Assembly: GCA_010093605.1 (NCBI GenBank)
Contig: MU004195.1
Span: 1-64,000 of the forward strand
Source: Lophium mytilinum
Lineage: Eukaryota
DNA length: 64,000 bases
Reading direction: 5' to 3'
Shown: positions 58,963 through 64,000 of the stretch, piece by piece
Layout of the letters: each line of letters starts with the position of its first letter
How positions within the stretch are numbered: position 1 is the first letter of the stretch
Translations under genes and position numbers: made by a program
Notes under the pieces: generated by a model
What the model saw: only the letters and a program-made list of their open reading frames with translations
Told to the model about the DNA's origin: nothing
Database searches by the model: none

Positions 58963-60618
58963 TGTCAGGGAGTAGCGGTGAGGGCTACGGCAGGCACGTG
59001 TTACCTCTTGTATATAGCCTCACCTTCCTCCAGACCTCTCTCTCTCCTACACACATCATCATCTAATACATCACGTACACGGCATACAGCTCCTTGTTCC
59101 ATAACAGTTAGTAGCTGAGCAGTATTAATCTAAAGATCTCTTAGAAAAAAATACCTACCTACCTACACTCTTTATTCTATAGCAGCACTAAGTATAACTA
59201 CTCTTCTAAGACTTTACTCTATAGCAGTATTATCTACTTTTTATACGCTCTATTCTATAGCAGCGCTATAGATAATTCTCTATTAACTACTCTTTTAAGA
59301 CCTTACTCTATAGTAGTATTATCTACCTCTTATATACTCTATTCTATAGTAGCGCTATAGATAACTCTCTATTAACTACTATATACCTAACTACTCTTTT
59401 AAAACCTTACTCTATAGTAGTATTATCTACCTCTTATATACTTTATTCTATAGTAGCACTATAAATAACCTCTTCTAACCTATTACTATTACTATTACTA
59501 TTAATATCGCCTATTCTTAGTTAGTAATAAATAACTTTTATATTATTAATACCTTCTATAGTAAATTTCTCTATTAATACTCTACTAGTATACTATATAC
59601 GCCTTATTTAATTTATATAGTTTCTTTACCTCTATAGTATCTACTTCTCTTTTTCCTACTTTATTTTTATTTTAATAGGTAGTAGATAGAGACGCCTACT
59701 ATTCTTTAGGGCGGTAACTATTAAAGAGTAGTAGTAAGAGCTATAGTAGGTATATATTACCTCTTATATATAGTCTTATCTTTTTCTAGACCTTTCTCTC
59801 TTCTATATATATTATTATCTAATATATTATATATATAGTATATAGCTTCTTATTCTATAATAGTTAGTAGCTAAATAGTATTAATCTAAAGATCTCTTAA
59901 AAAAAAATATCTACCTATCTATACTCTTTATTCTATAGCAGTACTAAGTATAACTACTCTTCTAAGACTTTACTCTATAGTAGTATTATCTACTTCTTAT
60001 ATACTCTATTCTATAGCAGCGCTGTAGATAATTCTCTATTAACTACTCTTTTAAGACCTTACTCTATAGTAGTATTATCTACCTCTTATATACTCTATTC
60101 TATAGTAGTACTATAGATAACTCTCTATTAACTACTATATATCTAACTACTCTTTTAAGACCTTACTCTATAGTAGTATTATCTACCTCTTATATACTTT
60201 ATTCTATAGTAGTACTATAAATAACCTCTTCTAACCTATTACTATTACTATTACTATTAATATTACCTATTTTTAGTTAGTAATAAATAACTTCTATATT
60301 ATTAATACCTTCTATAGTAAATTCCTCTATTAATACTCTACTAGTATACTATATACGCCTTATTTAGCCTATATAGTTTCTTTACCTCTATAGTACCTAC
60401 TTCTTCTTTCCCTACTTTATTTTTATTTTAATAGGTAGTAGATAGGGACGCCTGCTATTCTTTAGGGCGGCAACTATTAGGGAGTAGCGGTAAGAGCTAT
60501 AGTAGGCACGTATTACCTCTTATATATAGCCTTACCTTTCTCTAGACCTCTCTCTCTTCTATATATATTATTATCTAATATATTATATATATAGTATATA
60601 GCTTCTTATTCTATAATA
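58963..60618 (+). mobile_element. Tandem miniature LTR retroelement (TRIM-like): LTR-internal-LTR-internal-LTR
   Basis: 144-bp repeats at 58963-59106 (TGT...ACA), 59719-59862 and 60475-60618; two homologous 612-bp internal segments; flanks ccctc and ctctc resemble a 5-bp target-site duplication; PBS-like tagtagctgagc after LTR1. Confidence 0.85.
59197..59470. repeat. Three ~80-bp subrepeats inside the TRIM internal region (present again at ~59953-60226)
   Basis: actactctt(c/t)taagac(t/c)ttactctatag...tattctatag(c/t)agc(g/a)ctata recurs at ~59197, ~59285 and ~59390. Confidence 0.75.
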
Positions 60619-61817
60619 CTCTCTACCTATATTAAGTTAGTATGCTTCTATATAATTATAGATATATAGATTAAGTATACTAATAATACTTTTCTATATT
60701 AGTTAAGAAATATAGCCCCTTTCTAGTATAAATCTAGACTATATATCTAATACATCGGCGCCCTAGTCTATTCTAGGAGCCCGCTTGTTAAAGAATCTAA
60801 AGAATTGCAGCGACGCCGTCTCCCCCTTTAAATCACGCTAGGAAAGACGCAATTAAGGGTTTTGTAGTTAAAGCCGGCCTTTAACGTAGCTAATGCTAGT
60901 TGCTAGAATACTTTATTAAAGAGCCGTAATAGCGTTAACTATCTATATTTAATTAAACTTATTAAAGTCTTAACTCTAAAAATAAAACTAGTTAGTAATA
61001 GTAGAATAGTTAAGAAGATAGTAATTAAAGTAAATATATAGTACGTAATTACTAGAGTTATATAATTTATCCGCTAGGTACTATATTAACTAAGATTATA
61101 TAAACGCTAGGCTTAGCAGCGCTAGCTATATCTAATTAAGCGCCCGTCGGCTTCTGTCTTTAATCTAAACGTTAGCTTAGTACTATAGTATATTAAAATA
61201 GCCTATAATAGCTAGTAATTATATATACCTTATTATTATAACTACTTCTATAAAAATAAGCGTACCTATAGGGGACTTTAAGGTAATTTATATATAATTT
61301 TCCTTCTTTTTTATATATTACTTTACTAATTCTTATCTTATAGATACTATATATAACTTTATTAATTCTCTATACTTTAAAATAGATAAGAAGTATATCC
61401 TTATCTATTATTAGCCTATAGATTAGACATATAATATATCTAGAGGTTCTAGAATCTCTTTCTAAGATACTAAGGGATAATACTAAGGTTAGGTAAAGAA
61501 AGAGAATCGCGTGCCTATTAATACACGCCTGCAAGCTAGTAGGCGTATTATTAGATGTGTAACACGCCTAGATAGAGGCTATAAGCGTCTAGATAGTTGC
61601 CTTAGTATTAAGTAGAAGATAAAGTTTAGTATAATAGTAGTATATATTTTACTAAGTTTCTAGGTATAGATTTCTACCTCTATAATAGTTGCATAGAGTT
61701 CTACTTTAGATAGTAAATAGATTAGATAAACCTAATTAATTTAGTTCTAGTTTAAATAAAATTAATAGAAATTTAAATAAGTTATAAATTTTTCTGTAAT
61801 AGACCGCATAAAACGGG

Positions 61818-62551
61818 AAGTCTATAGAAGGGCTGCGCAGCCTTACTATAAATCTACTTAAGAGTAATAACTTAGTTAATTATTATAGAATAGTTACGCG
61901 CTTTTAATAGGTTAATAGCGTGTATATAGGCTAACAGCGCGCTTAATTATAGCTAGACTATATTAGTAGATTTAAGAGATTTACAGTTTAAAGGTATATA
62001 TATATTAAATATTTTATAAGTAAATTTATCTAGTTCTAGTATAGCTTAGTAGTTAGTATAGTGCTTCTATAGATTAAATTCTTAATATAATAAGCTTAAG
62101 AAGCTTACATTGCAAGAATTTAATCTACGGAAGTACGGGGAGAAGGGGGTTAGTAGTACTCTTTTTATAGTTTAATTCCTAGCTAAACCGCTATCTTTTT
62201 ACTTAAATATTTATTAATCCTTACGCGCTTTTTATAGGTTAATAGCGTGCATGCGGGCTAATAGCGCGCTTAATTATAGCTAGATTACATTAGTAGATTT
62301 AAGAGATTCGCGTACTAAAGAAAGTATAATAGCTAGAGGCGCGGACTATTTTTATGCTCTAGGCCTATATACCTTATTTAAACCGCGAATCTCTTAAATC
62401 TACTAATGCAATCTAGCTATAATTAGGCACGCTGTCTACCTGTATTTACGCTGTTAACCTGTAAAAAGCATATAAGGATTAATAAATATTTAATTAAGTT
62501 GTTACCCTTAAGTAGATTTATAGTAAGGCTGCGCAGCCCTTCTATAGACTT
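61818..62551. repeat. Nested inverted (fold-back) repeat in RIP-mutated DNA
   Basis: 61818-61880 is the reverse complement of 62491-62551; 62203-62312 is the reverse complement of 62384-62493; 61894-61982 is a direct copy of 62221-62309. Confidence 0.8.
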
Positions 62552-62899
62552 TCTATTTCCTTATAATATACTCTTAGTAGCTACCGCCGGAGGACGTAGA
62601 ATAGCTAATATTAGATAGATTAGAACGCGCTTTTAGATAGAATAAGATAGAATATATTATAATTAATTAGCTATAACTCCAGGTGGTAAATATATAGTAT
62701 ATATATTAAAACTAGTATTTACGGCTAAAATATTAAAAAACCAGCCCCTTAACTCTAGCCCCTCTCGGGCGCCCTCTATTTACTTAGCGCATCTACTCTA
62801 TAATCCTAAACTGCTATAACTCCTTTAAAAAGCGTTATATCTAGATTCTAAGATAATAGGGTTATTACTTAAGCTGCCGGCTATAATACTAGAAGATAG

Positions 62900-64000
62900 A
62901 AAGCTATTATAAGGCGTAATAGTTAAATTAATAGGGTTATCTAGAGTATTTAAATAGCCGCCTAAATTTAATTCTTCTACTCTTTTTATATTATAGGCCA
63001 GGAGCCTCTTAATAAGCTATTACTTTCTAATAGCTATGCTAGGTAGGTTCCTCTTTTTATATAGTTTTAATAGAGTATTCTTTATAGCGCCCTTATATTA
63101 GCTCTAATTATATAGTATATTATCTCTATCTATAAATTTAAGCTTGTTATTATTAATATTAAGCTCCTATTTAATATATAGAGGTACCTCTAGCATATTC
63201 CTCTACCTAGAAAGGTTAAATTCTCTATAGGTAAACATTTTAATATAAATTTTATAGTCCTTACTACTATTAGCTAGTAGTAAGAGGCCTATATTCTTAA
63301 AGGCCTTAATTATAAGCTTAGGCCTAGCTATAAGCTTCTTCTACGCCTCTATAACTACTATAGTAGTAAGAATTCTCTTATTATATAGAACGTTATTCTT
63401 AGTATCCTCTTCTACCTTAATCTTCTTATTAATTCTATTATTAACTTCCTCTATAATCTACTTCTTAAAGGGCTTATTAATAGCCGTATTAAGGGGCTAT
63501 AGATAGTCTATGCAGCCTCCAGGAATTATTAATATAAACACCCGATTTTCTATAAGGAGATTTTTAATAGCCTTAGTCTTATAGAACGCCGCAGCATTAA
63601 GTAAAAAAAGAGACTCTAGCGGCTGCTTATTAGCGTTCTAATTAGCTAGAATATATACTCTCTTTATTTAATTATAGAATAGCGCCTTATTATTATAGGC
63701 GGTCTTATTAATATGCACTTCTACCCCTTTTATATATAAATCTTACTTATTTTTTAATATAGTTCTACCCTCTTTTAATAACCCCTTAAATATAAGTATA
63801 GAGTTATACCTAGCTACTCCATCTATATATATATAGAGGATTAGGGTGGCTTAGCGCTTATTATTACCTAACTTAACTACCTTAGAGGTAACCTTAACGG
63901 AGCCTATAAAGTTATAAGTATAGTAATTAACCTACTTAAAAGGAATAGAAGTTTTATCTATATTTATAATTCTTAAAAAATAAAACTATTACCTATATAT
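62900..64000 (-). mobile_element. RIP-inactivated pogo/Tc1-mariner (DDE_1) transposase, running off the window end
   Basis: Reversing transitions on the minus strand gives KRQATL.....DG (~63820-63860), LDAAAFHKT (~63576-63602) and IPGGCTGYLQPLDTAINKPFK (~63466-63530). The left boundary is approximate. Confidence 0.8.

Noticed and set aside
7640..59000. The island as a Starship-type giant transposon
   Set aside because: No tyrosine-recombinase captain gene at either end, and the island carries core housekeeping genes.

Overview
Filamentous ascomycete (Pezizomycotina) genomic DNA with GT-AG introns. A GC-balanced, gene-rich island (~7.65-59.0 kb) sits between two AT-rich blocks of repeats mutated by repeat-induced point mutation (RIP). 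The left block holds a dead Ty3/gypsy pol, probably a chromovirus, and an N gap. The right block holds a tandem miniature LTR element (three 144-bp LTRs), a fold-back repeat and a dead pogo-type transposase. Three housekeeping genes (ABZ1-like PABA synthase, Mso1-like, GYP7-like) lie in the middle of the island. Around them are three regulator-linked enzyme groups with no PKS/NRPS backbone: (A) MDR reductase, SDR, SRPBCC, VOC dioxygenase-like, SnoaL-like and a Zn2Cys6 factor; (B) amidase, NCS1 permease, an active-site-altered homogentisate dioxygenase paralog and a Zn2Cys6 factor; (C) AflR/GliZ-like factor, NmrA-like reductase, a Cys-to-Ser amidase paralog and a P450. Other genes: a RING protein, an alpha-glucoside permease, a frameshifted NTF2-like gene, a small secreted protein, an S41 peptidase and a HET protein with WW-like modules. 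The least explicable signals are an intergenic array of six ungapped 34-bp repeats with unique 68-81-bp spacers (49171-49741) and cluster B, a candidate N-heteroaromatic ring-cleavage pathway. All family assignments come from motif recognition by eye; no database searches were run.
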